Positions 46,057 to 58,000 of a stretch of 64,000 nt of DNA are shown here, one piece after another. The notes beneath the pieces were generated by a model. That model was not told where the DNA came from. It saw only the letters and a program-made list of their open reading frames with translations, and searched no databases. The DNA comes from a virus (taxonomy: Duplodnaviria > Caudoviricetes), in the IMG/VR virus record IMGVR_UViG_3300046517_000890, positions 2,004 through 66,003 of that record. One strand, written 5' to 3'. A program made the translations under genes and the position numbers. The stretch's first letter is position 1, and every line of letters starts with the position of its first letter.

Positions 46057-47593
46057 CGCCAGCGGCGGTGGGGATACGCAGGAATCCCACCAACTGAATC
46101 AGTACGCTGGAACTGACCAAGCAAACGCGAATACGACCTTTGCTTGGGCGCAGAATACCGGGGCTACCAATACCGGGGTGGCGAGCAACGTCGCCGCTCA
46201 GCAGCAAGGCATTGCCACGGCTGACCAGGGTCTTGGCTCCGGTGCGACGGCCATCGGCAACGATCAGAGCAACATCGCTGCCTCCGATGTCTCCCTCGGC
46301 AACAACAACGCCGCCATTGCTGGCCAGCAGCTAGGCATCGGCACGAACCAGGCCGCAATCGCCGGACAGCAGCAAAACCTCGGGACCGCGCAGACCGGCC
46401 TTGCCGGAACCCAAACCGGATACGCGACCTCGCTGAACAACGCTGCCGACGTTTCGCAAGGCAACTCCGTCGATGCGTGGAACTCCTACAGCTCGCTCTT
46501 CAATCCTGTGAATTCCCAGGTGGCGAGCGACGCAATGAACTACGACTCGCCCGACCAGATGGCGAACGTGCGTCAGGCTGCTGCCGGCAACGCGAACGAG
46601 GCCTTCGACACAGCGATCGCCTCGAACAACGCGAACCTCACGCGCATGGGCGTGAATCCGAACTCCGGCCGCTTCGCCGACCCTAACGCCACGAGCCTCG
46701 CGCGTGCGAGCGCGGTGGCCGGCGCAGAGAACACCGCAACCACCGGCCGGCAGAACACCGCCATTGGTCTGCGCCAGGGCGCGGCTGGCTTCGGACAGAA
46801 CATCGCAGGCATTTCTCTGAATCAGGCCGGTCTTTCTACCAATCAGCGCGGCGCCGCCTCCGGCGCTACGAGCGCCGCCTCTGGCGCGATCAATTCAGCC
46901 GTGGGCGCAAACAACGCCGCTGTTGGCGCCAACGAGGCAGCCGCTGGGGCAAACAACTACGCCGTGGGCGCGAACAACGCCGCCGTGGGCGCGAACACCG
47001 CTGCGTCTGGAGCCAACGCCGTGGGGCTCGCCGCTATCAATACTGGGGTGAACGCCAACACGGCCGCTGTCAATGCCGGCACATCCGCCGTCACGAACCT
47101 CAACAACACGGCGAGCACGACCGGGAATATCCAGGGGTCGCCTACCCAATGGGCTGGCGCAGCTAACGGTGGTGAAGCATCAGCCGGCAACCTATCGAAC
47201 AACGTCTACGACACCAACATCAAGGCCAACACAGGACTCGTAAGTGGCATGCTCGGAGGCGGCTCTGCCGCTTCATCTGGTGGACTCGGAGAGGTTCTTG
47301 GCGCGCTCTCCGACGAAACCCTCAAGGAGGAGATCGAGGAGTCCGGTGACGTTCTGCCAGGCCTGCGGCGTCTCAAGGTCAAGAGCTGGAAGTACAAGGA
47401 TGGCGTGGCCGACTCGGGCCGCCACGTCGGCCCGATGGCTCAGGACGTACACCGCGAGTTCGGCGATCGCGCCGCTCCTGGCGGCAGGATGCTCTCCTTC
47501 GTGTCGATGCACGGCCTCGCCCTCAAGGGCATTCAAGAGCTGGCGGCGAAGGTGGATCGTCTCGCAGCCGGCCTCTCTCCGCGGGGAGCGTAG
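46019..47593 (+). CDS. Ejection/internal virion protein with C-terminal peptidase S74-like domain
   Basis: RMGVNPNSGRF, A/N/G heptad repeats, SDETLKEEI...W.YK...HVGPMAQD. Confidence 0.8.
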   Translation: MGSVVGQIFGGTSASGGGDTQESHQLNQYAGTDQANANTTFAWAQNTGATNTGVASNVAAQQQGIATADQGLGSGATAIGNDQSNIAASDVSLGNNNAAIAGQQLGIGTNQAAIAGQQQNLGTAQTGLAGTQTGYATSLNNAADVSQGNSVDAWNSYSSLFNPVNSQVASDAMNYDSPDQMANVRQAAAGNANEAFDTAIASNNANLTRMGVNPNSGRFADPNATSLARASAVAGAENTATTGRQNTAIGLRQGAAGFGQNIAGISLNQAGLSTNQRGAASGATSAASGAINSAVGANNAAVGANEAAAGANNYAVGANNAAVGANTAASGANAVGLAAINTGVNANTAAVNAGTSAVTNLNNTASTTGNIQGSPTQWAGAANGGEASAGNLSNNVYDTNIKANTGLVSGMLGGGSAASSGGLGEVLGALSDETLKEEIEESGDVLPGLRRLKVKSWKYKDGVADSGRHVGPMAQDVHREFGDRAAPGGRMLSFVSMHGLALKGIQELAAKVDRLAAGLSPRGA

Positions 47594-47596
47594 AGC

Positions 47597-49012
47597 ATGG
47601 GCAACCTGGACTTCGGCTTCGGCAATCAGGCGATGGACGCTCGCGATGCGGCCATCAAAGGGAAGCAGCTCCAGAACGAGGAGACGCAGCGCGGCATCGA
47701 CAACCAGAAGAAGCTCGAAGGCGTGATGACGCGCATGGCTGCGCGCATGGACCAGTACACGGGCGGTGGCACCAGCAGCTCGGACGACAACTCTGGTCTG
47801 GAGCAGCTCGGTGGTCCGCAGGACGCGAGCGTGCCAGCCGGGCCCAGGTACTCAGACAGCAGCGCTCCAAGCACAAGCGCGCCTGGTCTTCAGCCCGTCG
47901 GGCCGCAGGACTCCCACCACCAGGTGGGCTTCGGCCTGTATCAAGACCCGTCCGTTCTAGGGAACCCTAAGTTCCTGGACGAGACCGCCAAGGACTTCAT
48001 GGCCGCTGGTCTGCCCGATGGCGTGAAATGGCTGGAGGCCGGCTACAAGGCGCAGAAGGAGGGACTGCTCACCGCTACGCAACGTGCGGTGGCTGGCGAT
48101 CTCCCGGGCGCCGAGCAGGCGTTCAACGCTACCGGCGAGCACAAGGTGCAGCCGGGATCGCTCAAGTGGAAGGACGACAAGAAGGATGTCCTCCAGGGAA
48201 AGAATGAGGACGGCAGCGACTTCGAGGTCGATCCCAAGAAACTGCTCAAGAGCTTCCTCTCGCCCCAGGCTTTCTTCGAGCAGAACCAGAAGGAGCAGGA
48301 GACCGCCGTCAAAGAGAATGAGGCCAAGACTGCCGCCGATGTCGGGAGGGCTCACGCGGATTACTTCAAGGCAGCAGGGAGCTGGATGCGCGAACGCAGC
48401 CGCGATCCAAAGTCTGGGAACGCGGAGAAGCTCATACAGACCACCATCGACAAAGCAGGCATCGCACTGCAAAAGCAGATCGAGGCCGAGCAGTCAAGGG
48501 AGGATGCGAAGTACAACGTCAACGGGATGATCGGCCTGCTGCCCGCCATGAAGAAGGACGTTGGTCAGATGATCCGCGACGAGGAAGACCCCGAGGTCGC
48601 CTACAACACCGTCTACAACAACTACAAGAATCGCGTCAGCTCCCTCCAGGACGTGATGGGCGGGCTGGTGCAGAACGCCGAGAAGGGCAACTACTTCCAG
48701 TCTGCCAAGGACGCGACTCTCCGGGATTCTATCAGCAAGATGCTGGACAGCGGGAAGATCACGCCTGACGAGATCAAGCAGTTCCTGCCTGCGACGAAGG
48801 TCAGTAAGTCCAACCAGGATCGCATCACGAAGGCTCTAGGAGAGCTGAGCACGCTCCGCAAGGTCAACGCGGCTCCGGCGCGCGCAGCAGGTGCTGTCCC
48901 CGCGGCCACGGCCAAGATCGCCGAGCCCAAGACTCAGGCTGAGTTCGCAGCCCTGAAGGCCGGCGCCACCTACCGCGATCCCGACGACGGGAAGCTGTAC
49001 ACGAAGAAGTAA
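47597..49012 (+). CDS. Internal virion/ejection protein
   Basis: Helical; C-terminal LKAGATYRDPDDGKLYTK. Confidence 0.75.
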   Translation: MGNLDFGFGNQAMDARDAAIKGKQLQNEETQRGIDNQKKLEGVMTRMAARMDQYTGGGTSSSDDNSGLEQLGGPQDASVPAGPRYSDSSAPSTSAPGLQPVGPQDSHHQVGFGLYQDPSVLGNPKFLDETAKDFMAAGLPDGVKWLEAGYKAQKEGLLTATQRAVAGDLPGAEQAFNATGEHKVQPGSLKWKDDKKDVLQGKNEDGSDFEVDPKKLLKSFLSPQAFFEQNQKEQETAVKENEAKTAADVGRAHADYFKAAGSWMRERSRDPKSGNAEKLIQTTIDKAGIALQKQIEAEQSREDAKYNVNGMIGLLPAMKKDVGQMIRDEEDPEVAYNTVYNNYKNRVSSLQDVMGGLVQNAEKGNYFQSAKDATLRDSISKMLDSGKITPDEIKQFLPATKVSKSNQDRITKALGELSTLRKVNAAPARAAGAVPAATAKIAEPKTQAEFAALKAGATYRDPDDGKLYTKK

Positions 49013-49015
49013 TCG

Positions 49016-52000
49016 ATGGGGCGATTCTCGGAGTACGGCTCTCTCATCGATGAAGCCGCCCAGCCGAGTACCGCGCCTGCGCCGCGGTTCTCTGGCGAGC
49101 CGGTTCCCCAGGATGAGCCCACACGCGCTCCCAAGTTCTCTGGCGAGCCCGTCGAGGAGCAGAAGACCAACAGCGACGACGACGCCTCTGTCTCGGCGCG
49201 CGACTACCTATCCAGCCTCGACCAGGGATTCAACACGGCCGGCGCCGACCTCGGTGAGCTGGTGCGCCGCGTGCCGCTTGTGGGCGACAAGCTCAAGCAG
49301 GCCGGGGACGCGCTCGACCGTTCCTTCTTCGGACAGTCACCAGACGAGGCGCTGAAGAACGCCTCGAAGGAGTTCTCGCCCTCCTACCAGGAGTCGCGCG
49401 AGAAGAGCTGGTGGGACTCGAAGGAGAAGTGGTTCGGTCCCGCGTGGACAGACCCCAACAGCTACATCTCCGGGATGCTCGAATCGCTTCCCGAGGAAGC
49501 CATGACCATCGCTCCGGCTATGAAGCTGGCGAAGGGCGCGTTCACGATCGCCCTGGCGAAGACCGGCAGCGAGACGCTCGCTGCGAACGCCGCGGCGCGC
49601 ACGGCCATGATCGTGGGCGGCGCGTCAGAGGGCGCGCTCGCAGGGGCGCAATCGTCGCGCCAGGTCCGCGATGACATCAACGCTCTCCCGGACGACACGC
49701 TGCGTCAGTCCGACGCGGTGAAGAGCCTCATGGATCAGGGCATGTCCTTCGAGGACGCGCGGAAGGAGGTGGCCGACAACGCCGCCACCAAGGCCTTCTT
49801 CCTGGCCGGCGCCACCACGGGCATCTTCAGCGGCCTGGGCGATCGCGCCCTCGCCAAGATCATCATGGGGAACGCAGGCGGCGTCGCCAAGCGCATCATC
49901 AAGGGCGCTGTCGCCGAAGGCGTGCTCGAAGAGTTCCCGCAGAGCTACCTCCAGCAGGTCTCGCAGAACTTCGCGATGCGCGATGTGAAGCCGGACCAAG
50001 ACCTGTTCGATGACGCCCTCAACCAGGGCCTCGCCGGTCTCGCGCTCGGCGCCGTGCAAGGCGGCGCTATGGGTGGGGCGTTCGGTCACCACACCGAGAC
50101 CACCGCCAACAAAGAACCTCTACCCGCCTCCTCGGTCCTCGGGGAGCAGCAATCCCAACCTGCACTGCCGGCACCCAGTATGCCAATGGGTCAGCCCACC
50201 ACGGACTACGAAGCGCAACGCCGCTCCGACGCCGCAGATGCTCACGCCGCCGAGGTGTACGCCGCCCGGGACGCAGAGGAGCAGCGCAGGTCCGAATCCC
50301 CCTTTACTCCAGTCGATCAGCTCTCCGACGAGCAGGCCGCGCGCCAGCGCGAGCACGAGGCGCGCGGAGGCATCAAATCTCTCCTCGCAGACACCGAGGC
50401 GATCTTCGGCGAGATCACCAAGCGCCCGGCCATCCTCGACACGATCGAGAAGGCCGCGCGCGCGCTCCCTGTCGAGCAACAGCAGGATGTGCGCAGCGCG
50501 ATCGACGAGCTGGTGGCCAACCCGAAGGCCATCTGGAAGATGGCCACAGAGCGCCCGCAGGTGCTCAACACGATCACGCAGGCGACCGAGCAGGCCCAGC
50601 GCCTGTACCAGCCCGAGCAGGTGCTCGGCGCCGACCCGCGGGACGCCGCTGACGGCCTGCTCCACTACATGTCCCGCAAGGGCTCCGGGCCTACCAAGAT
50701 CGCCGCCCAGGCCGAGATCGCGCGCCGCGAGGCCGTGCGCTCCGCCGGGCTCAGTGAGAACGACAAGACGCTAGCCCAGAAGATGTTCGGTCGCAAGGAG
50801 CTGACCGAGGACGAGCGCCGCCGCGCGATCGAGATGGGGCTCGGGCGCCAGCGCGTCAACGGCACCTGGGAGCTGACGCCGCAAGCCAAGGAGCTGCGCG
50901 CCCAGCTCCGCGAGGAACGTACCCAGCAAGCGATTGCCCAGAAAGGACAGCCCAGTGACCAAGCCCTCATCGACCGCGTCAACAAAGCCGGTGGATATGA
51001 CTTCCAGGCGGCTGGAGTGCCTGGTACCGCTGATGCGAGCGCGGGACAGGCCATCGCCAAGAGCTTCGGCAAGCGCATCGTCTGGTTCTCCAGCGAGCGC
51101 CCCATCCACGGCGCCAGCTACGGCGGCAACCTCTACGTCAACGTCAACTCCTCCCGGCCGCACCTGACGGTCATCGGGCACGAGCTGCTGCACTCGCTGC
51201 GCGAATCGAACGAGGACATCTACCAGGGGCTGCTCAAGCGGCTCGTGCCGGTGATGAAGGGCGTCGGCGAGTACCGCAACTGGCTCGCGCAGCAGCTCGC
51301 GATCGAGGGCAAGGAGATGTCGCCCGAGGAGCTGGACAACACGTCGCACGAGGAGCTGGTCGCTGACTTCCTCGGCGACCACATGACGAAGCCAGAGTTC
51401 TGGCGCGAGGTGTTCAAGAGCCAGCCGAAGAGCTTCGTCGAGCAAATGCTTGCCCACTTGCGGGCGGCGATCGAGTCGATCCGCACGCGCCTCCAGCAAG
51501 GGCAGGCGCTCGGCTACGGCACCGAGCAGTTCATCGGGAACGCAGAGGCTGTACGCAAAGCGCTCGCCGACGCCTACAACGCCTGGGCCAAAGAGGCTAC
51601 AATCAGCAATGAGGCCACCGATGGATCAATCAGACAATCACGCGCCGGAAGCCCTGGTGAACGAGGAGTTCAAAGCCATGTGGGCGAAGGTGGACGAGGA
51701 GCGCCGGGCGAAGGGCTTGCCGGCAATGAGCGAGCAGGAGCAGGGAGCGCTCGTGCGCGAGGCCCTGGCGCGGAAGGCCGCAGCCCGCTAGACGTAGCGC
51801 GCGCCCTCGCGCCGCACTACAACCCGCAGTTCAAGGTACCCGAGTCCTCGCTCGCCAAACAGGGAGCGATCGGGAAGACCTACGAGGCCGCAGCCGCGGC
51901 GTCCCCCGCATACCAGAAGGCCGTCTTCGCGGCCTACGAGAAGTCGATGCCCGTCGTCCTTGAAGGCGACAGCTACAGCCAGATCGACTCCTACAAGAAG

Positions 52001-55000
52001 CTCATCCAGCGTTCCTACGAGTCGCTCGCGAAAGAAGTAAAGCGCGAGTACGACGAGATCGCCAAAGACATCACGATCGAATACCACTCTGGCGAGCATC
52101 AGTACGCCAGCTCCGACGCTATGCGCGATGACGTGCTGAAGAACAAGCACCTCTGGGTGTACGAGGGCGGAGAGCGGCACGAATTCCTCGGCGATACCGA
52201 CCCCACGACCGGCCGCACCTACAACGAGATGTTCCGCGCGATCCACGACTACTTCGGTCACGTGGTGACGGGTGCCCAGTTCGGCCCGAAGGGCGAGGAG
52301 CAGGCGTGGGCGTCGCACGTGCAGATGATGCCCAAGCTCGCGCGCATCGCCATGACCTCCGAGACGCGCGGACAGAACTCGTTCGTGAACTACTCGCCGA
52401 TCAACATCGAGGTGCTGGAGCGTGTGCGGAAGCTGCGCCGCGACGAAGCGCCACAGAAGGCGATCGACGCCGAGTTCGCCAAGTTCCAGTACGCCAAGCA
52501 GGCGTCAGTCGCGCTGCCGCCGGAGATGCTCGACCCGCGCTACGCGGGCGGGATGCCGGCGTACATGCGCGCCGCGATCGAGCCCACGAACCCGATCGAA
52601 GCGAAGCTCGTCCATTACTCGCCCAAGGGCAACCTCACCGAGACCGACCCGTCCTTCTACGGCACTGGCCTCCGCGGAGAGGAGGCGGATCGCGTCGCTG
52701 GCGGGGCGCTCAAGCGCACCTACTTCTATCTGGAGGGGCAGACCGCCGAGTACGGCGTGGGCGCTAACCGCTACGAGGCGCAAGGCACGAAGCTCTACGA
52801 TCTCTCGAAAGACCCGGAGAACCTGCGCGTCCTGGCCGCTCACTACCACATGGCGACGCCGTGGAGCGTGAACCAGAAGGAAGCCACGAGCGCGATGGAG
52901 CGCCTGATCTACGACCGTGGCTACGACGGCTACACGTCGCCCACCTTCGGCGCCGCGGCGGTGTTCGAGAAGCTGCCGGTCACGAAGGCCCCGGGTGAGC
53001 TGAAGCTCTCGCGCGAGCGTGAGGACGCTGCCGCGCGGGCCGCGATCGACAAGATCATCAACGATCCCAAGTTCCAGGAGGAGCTGAAGGAGCAGGCGTA
53101 CCTGAAGGACTTCCTGAAGAACCTCACCGCCAACGTCGAAGCCAAGGCGGCATACGGGAAGCTGCTCGCGAAGTTCCACAACTGGAAGTGGGACGTGGGC
53201 ACCACGCTGCTGTCGAAGACCACCGGCAAGACCTACAAGATCGCCGATCGCTCTTTCTCGCCGCCGCGCGACAAGTTCTCCACGATGGTGCCGACGTACC
53301 TAGTGCGCGGCTCAGATGGCTCCAGGCAGTTCCTCTCCGAGGCGAGAATGGAAGAGGGCAACGCCTTCGTGCCGCTCACCGGAGAGGAGCCCAAGCTCTC
53401 GCGCGAGCGGGACGTGACGCAAACCCCCGAGTTCAAGCGCTGGTTCGGCGACTCGAAGGTAGTGGACGCCGAAGGCAAGCCGCTGGTGGTGTATCACGGG
53501 ACTCCCCGGGGCGGATTCTCAGAATTCGATGAAAACACGCTAGGAACTACTACCGACGGTGGTTATTATGGGCCAGGATTCTACTTCACCAGCCAACCTG
53601 GAGAAGCCGGTTTCTATGCACAGAAAATGGGTGGTGCCCGCGCGTCTATCTACCCTGCATTCCTGTCTTTGAAAAATCCTTTTGTCGTAAATTTCAGAAC
53701 ACATACCGATGGTTCTGACACGATCACCAGGGCGAAAGCGCTTGGAATAGATATAGGGTTCAGTGGATTCTTCAAGAACGGCCCTGCTGCTCGCGAGATC
53801 ATGGAAAAGGCAGGATACGACGGCGTCCTGGCATTGAGGAGCGATAGAGAGAACACGGAGGCTGTAGCGTTTCGTCCAGAGCAAATCAAATCCGCCATCG
53901 GCAACCGCGGGACGTTCGACGAGAAGTCGCCGAACATCATGCTCTCGCGAGACCGCTCGCTGGATACCGGCATCAAGCTCACGCGCGCCGAGATGGGCGC
54001 GAGCCTCGACCAGTTCGTCTACGGCGACCAGGTGCCGCCGCAGTTCAACACGATCCGCCAGGCGGCAGAGTTCATCGAGGACCGCGCGAAGACTCTGAAC
54101 GGCGACAAGGACCGTTCGGAGTTCAACGACAAGAACGTCGAGGCTGTCGCCAAGATCATGGCGCATGAGGGCCTGCTCGCGGCCAAGCAGTCCGGCAGCT
54201 CGATCGGCTGGTACCGCAAGAACCTGGAGCGCGCTCTGGCCACGGCGGCGCTCCTGCACCCAGAGATCGGCACCGACAAGAACGCGCGCTTTGCCTTCAC
54301 CTACGCGCTCGCCGTCACCTCCAATGGGACCACCGTTCGCGAGAACTCGCGGTACTCCTTCGAGGCCTACCGGAAGTACGTGGACAACGACGGCAAGATG
54401 CCCTTCTACGGGAAGGGCACGCGCGGCCCCGCGATGGCGCAAGCATTCACCGCCTTCAACCGCATGCTGAAGGAGTTCGGCTCGATCGACGAACTACGCG
54501 AGTTCATGCTCTCGAAGCACGACGGTATTACGCTCAAGAAGGCCTTCCCCAAGATCAGGGAGCTGACGAGCGAAGAGGTCTACGGCGGCACGGTCATCGG
54601 CTCGAAGATCGGCGGCGGCTTCCTCCAGAACCTGAACGGCAACTACGACGCTCTCACCATCGACCGCTGGTTCATGCGGACGTGGGGGCGCATGACCGCG
54701 CACCTCACGACCAGAGCTGGTCTGAAGAGCGACACCGGCATCATCGACGCACCGAGCGCCCCGAGCGTGCGCGCGTACATCCGACGCACCGCAGAGCGCG
54801 CTCTCGAACACATGCGCGAGAACGGCAAGCGCGCCGAGATGAGCGACCTCCAAGCCCTCCTCTGGTACCCTGAGAAGGACTTCTACCACATGATGGGGGT
54901 CGCAGATGAAAACTCGAACCCGACGAGCTACCACGAGGAGATCACCAAGTATGTCCAATCCAAAGGAATCGACACTGCCGCAGCAGGCGAGCGCGTACTA

Positions 55001-58000
55001 CCATCCGAGCGAGGACGGGGAGGAAACTCTGGAGATGAACTCGCAGGACGCGAAGCGCCTGGCCGAGTCGTTCAAGAAGAAGCCCGCCCCGAAGAAGTCG
55101 TAGACCAGGCGGCACACGAGGCCGCCACCTCGCCCAAGAACGAGCTGCCCGAGCCCACGCCCGCGCAGAAGGAGGCTGGCAACTACCAGAAGGGTCACGT
55201 CCGCATCGCCGGCCTGGACATCTCGATCGAGAACCCGGCCGGCTCCGAGCGCACCTTCACCAAGCCGAACGGCGAGGAGGGCTCGCGCACGATGCAGAGC
55301 CACTACGGCTACGTCCGCGGCACGGTGAGTGGCGACGGCGAGCACATGGACATCTTCATCAAGCCCGGGACGCTCCCCGACTACGCCGGCCCGATGTTCG
55401 TCATCGACCAGCGCAAGCCCGGCAACGGAGCCTTCGACGAGCACAAGGTCGTCATGGGCTGGCCCACGATGACCGAGGCCAAGGCCGCGTACCAGGAGAA
55501 CTACCAGCGCAACTGGGACGGCATCACCTCGATCTCGCGCTTCGAGAATCCGGCCGCGTTCAAGAGCTGGCTGGAGAGCGGCAACACCGAGAAGCCTGCG
55601 GCAGAGGAGCTGAAGCTCTCGCGCGATCGCGACGGCCGCCCTGGCGAGAGATTCGAGATGCGCCTCGAACTCGCGCGCCAGCAGAACGGTGACTGGATGT
55701 CACCAGACAGCCGCTACGAGGTGGTGCGCGAGCCGGATGGCTACTACGCGAAGGTCGATGGCTCCGAGATCGGGTGGGGGCGAGACTTCCAGCGCGCCAA
55801 GTCCTTCCTCACCGCACGCTTCAACCAGGAGGTCGAGGCCGGCACGATCAAGAACCCGAACGACGCTAAGAGCGTCATCAACCGCTACACGGCTGACCAG
55901 CAGCACGCGGTAGTGGATGTGTGGAAGAAGATCGCAGCGCTCCCGAGCGCCTTCCGCTTCACCCAGACCGACGCCAAGGACGCCAAGCAGATCGCCAAGG
56001 ACATCGGCGCCGATCGCGTGATGACGCGCGTCTACACCGACCCTGCCGACATGAAGGCGGCACCGGAGGGAATCATCTACGTCGATTTCATAGACGGCAA
56101 CGAGGCGGCCATTCACTTCGACAACGTCGATGGTACGGCGCAAGTGGCGGCGCAGGAGATGACGCAGGGCGGATTCGGCGCGCAGCTCTATCAGCTCGCC
56201 CTCGCCTGGGCGCACAACAACAAGTACGTGCTGGTGCCGGACACGAGCCTCACCTACGTGAACACGTTCCGGCGTACCGAGCAGATGATCTCCGCTGCGC
56301 TGCGCTACGGCACAACGAAGTACATGCGCCCGCACCTAGACCAGGGGCTCTACGGCTGGATCAACAAGCCGCAGACGAAGACCGACGAAGAGCACAACCT
56401 GGCGCTGATGCTCCTCTCCTCCTACGAGAACGTGATGGGTGCCGAGGCCGACAAGCGCTCGAAGATCATCGACACGTTGCGTGATCTCCGGTATAATTTC
56501 ACCTCCCAGAAATTCGAGACAGCCGATGGCAAAGTCTTTACCAATCAGGACTGGCGGCAGCTCGCTGAACGTGACCATAAATCCGGTGATACTGGCAACG
56601 GCGTCACGACTCTTCAGAGAGCGGTGCTCACGCAATCCGTTCTCGACGAGTCCAGAAAGCGCAACGGAAAAGGACTGGCCGCACTGGTTCAGGCTGCTCC
56701 GGGGAACGCCATTCTCGATGGCGACCATCCTCTCCGCGGTGTCCTCTACTCCCGACAGCGCGATACTGGAAGCGGGCAGGTGGCTCAGCCCGCAGGCGCT
56801 CCGAAGGGCGGAGCGGTTCTGCGCGCTGCGCTCTCGACGGCACGCGCCGCCACCGCCGCCGTCCGGCCGGTAACGGCCGCGCTCGACCTCGCCAACCGCG
56901 GGGCCGACCTCCTCCTCAAGGTACCCGGCAAGCTCCTGATCGCCCCGGTCACGTCGCGGCTGTACGACCGCGTCGTCGGTCTGGGGCAATGGCTGGCCAA
57001 GAACAGCACGCTCGCCCAAGAGGCGGCGCACGGGCTCATCGCCGACTACGGGCTCCCAGAGCCGTACCTGGATGCCCGTCAGGAGCGCGAGAGCCGCATC
57101 CAGTCCGTCCTGCGCAGCTCCAAGGAGATGATCGACAGGATCGCTTCCCTCGACCGCGCGCAGGCGCGCGTGGCGTACACGTGGATGCAGGAGAAGCCCG
57201 ACACCGACACCGAGAAGCGCCTGCTCGCGCAGCTCCCGCCGGAATCCAGGCAAGCGCTGGCCGGGATGAAGGAGCAGATCGACCAGCTCGGGCAGGAGGC
57301 CGTGAAGCTCGGGCTCCTCTCGAAGGAGTCCTTCGACCGCAACCGCATGGCCTACCTGCACCGGACCTACAAGAAGCACGAGCTGGAGAACCCGGGCCGT
57401 GCCGCCGCCGGCACGCGCGCAAAGTCCATCCGCGCCGACGCCTACCGCGGGCGCGGATTGCGCGATGACGTGGCCGCCTCGCGGCTCCCGGGCGTGCAGC
57501 AGGGCGACAAGTACCTGCGCCTGGAGGACCGCGCGCCCGGCACCGACGGGGGCCTCGGCGCGCTCCAGCGCGTGGTGTACCTGCCCGCCGGCAAACCCGT
57601 GCCGCAGACCTACTCCGGCTGGCGCCAGGATGGCGTCTGGGAGGCGCGCTTCATGGAGAAGCAAGGTCAGGTCGGGATGTGGCGCGACCTCACGCCGGAG
57701 GAGCGCCAGCGCCTCGGGGAGATTGACGAGGTGCGGTACGCCTTCGCGCGCACCATGCTCGCGACCACGCGCGACATCGAGACCGCCCGTTTCCTCAAGT
57801 GGACCTTCGACAACTACGCGAAGACCGAGTCAGAAGTCGAGGAGCTGGGCGGCACGATCGCCGAGGCCGTGGACTCGCTCGTGACGCTCAAGGTCTACGC
57901 CGACAACGAGTGGGTCAAGGTGCCGACGAGCTACGCGCAGGGCACCAAGATTCCCAAGTACGGCGCGCTCGCCGGGGCCCACGTGCCGGGCCACATCTGG

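Noticed and set aside
50010-50774. Additional +1-frame ORFs inside the giant gene (also 50934-51167)
   Set aside because: S/R/P-rich shadow composition, no RBS, and the main frame mostly keeps normal codon bias, unlike nested ORFs 1-3
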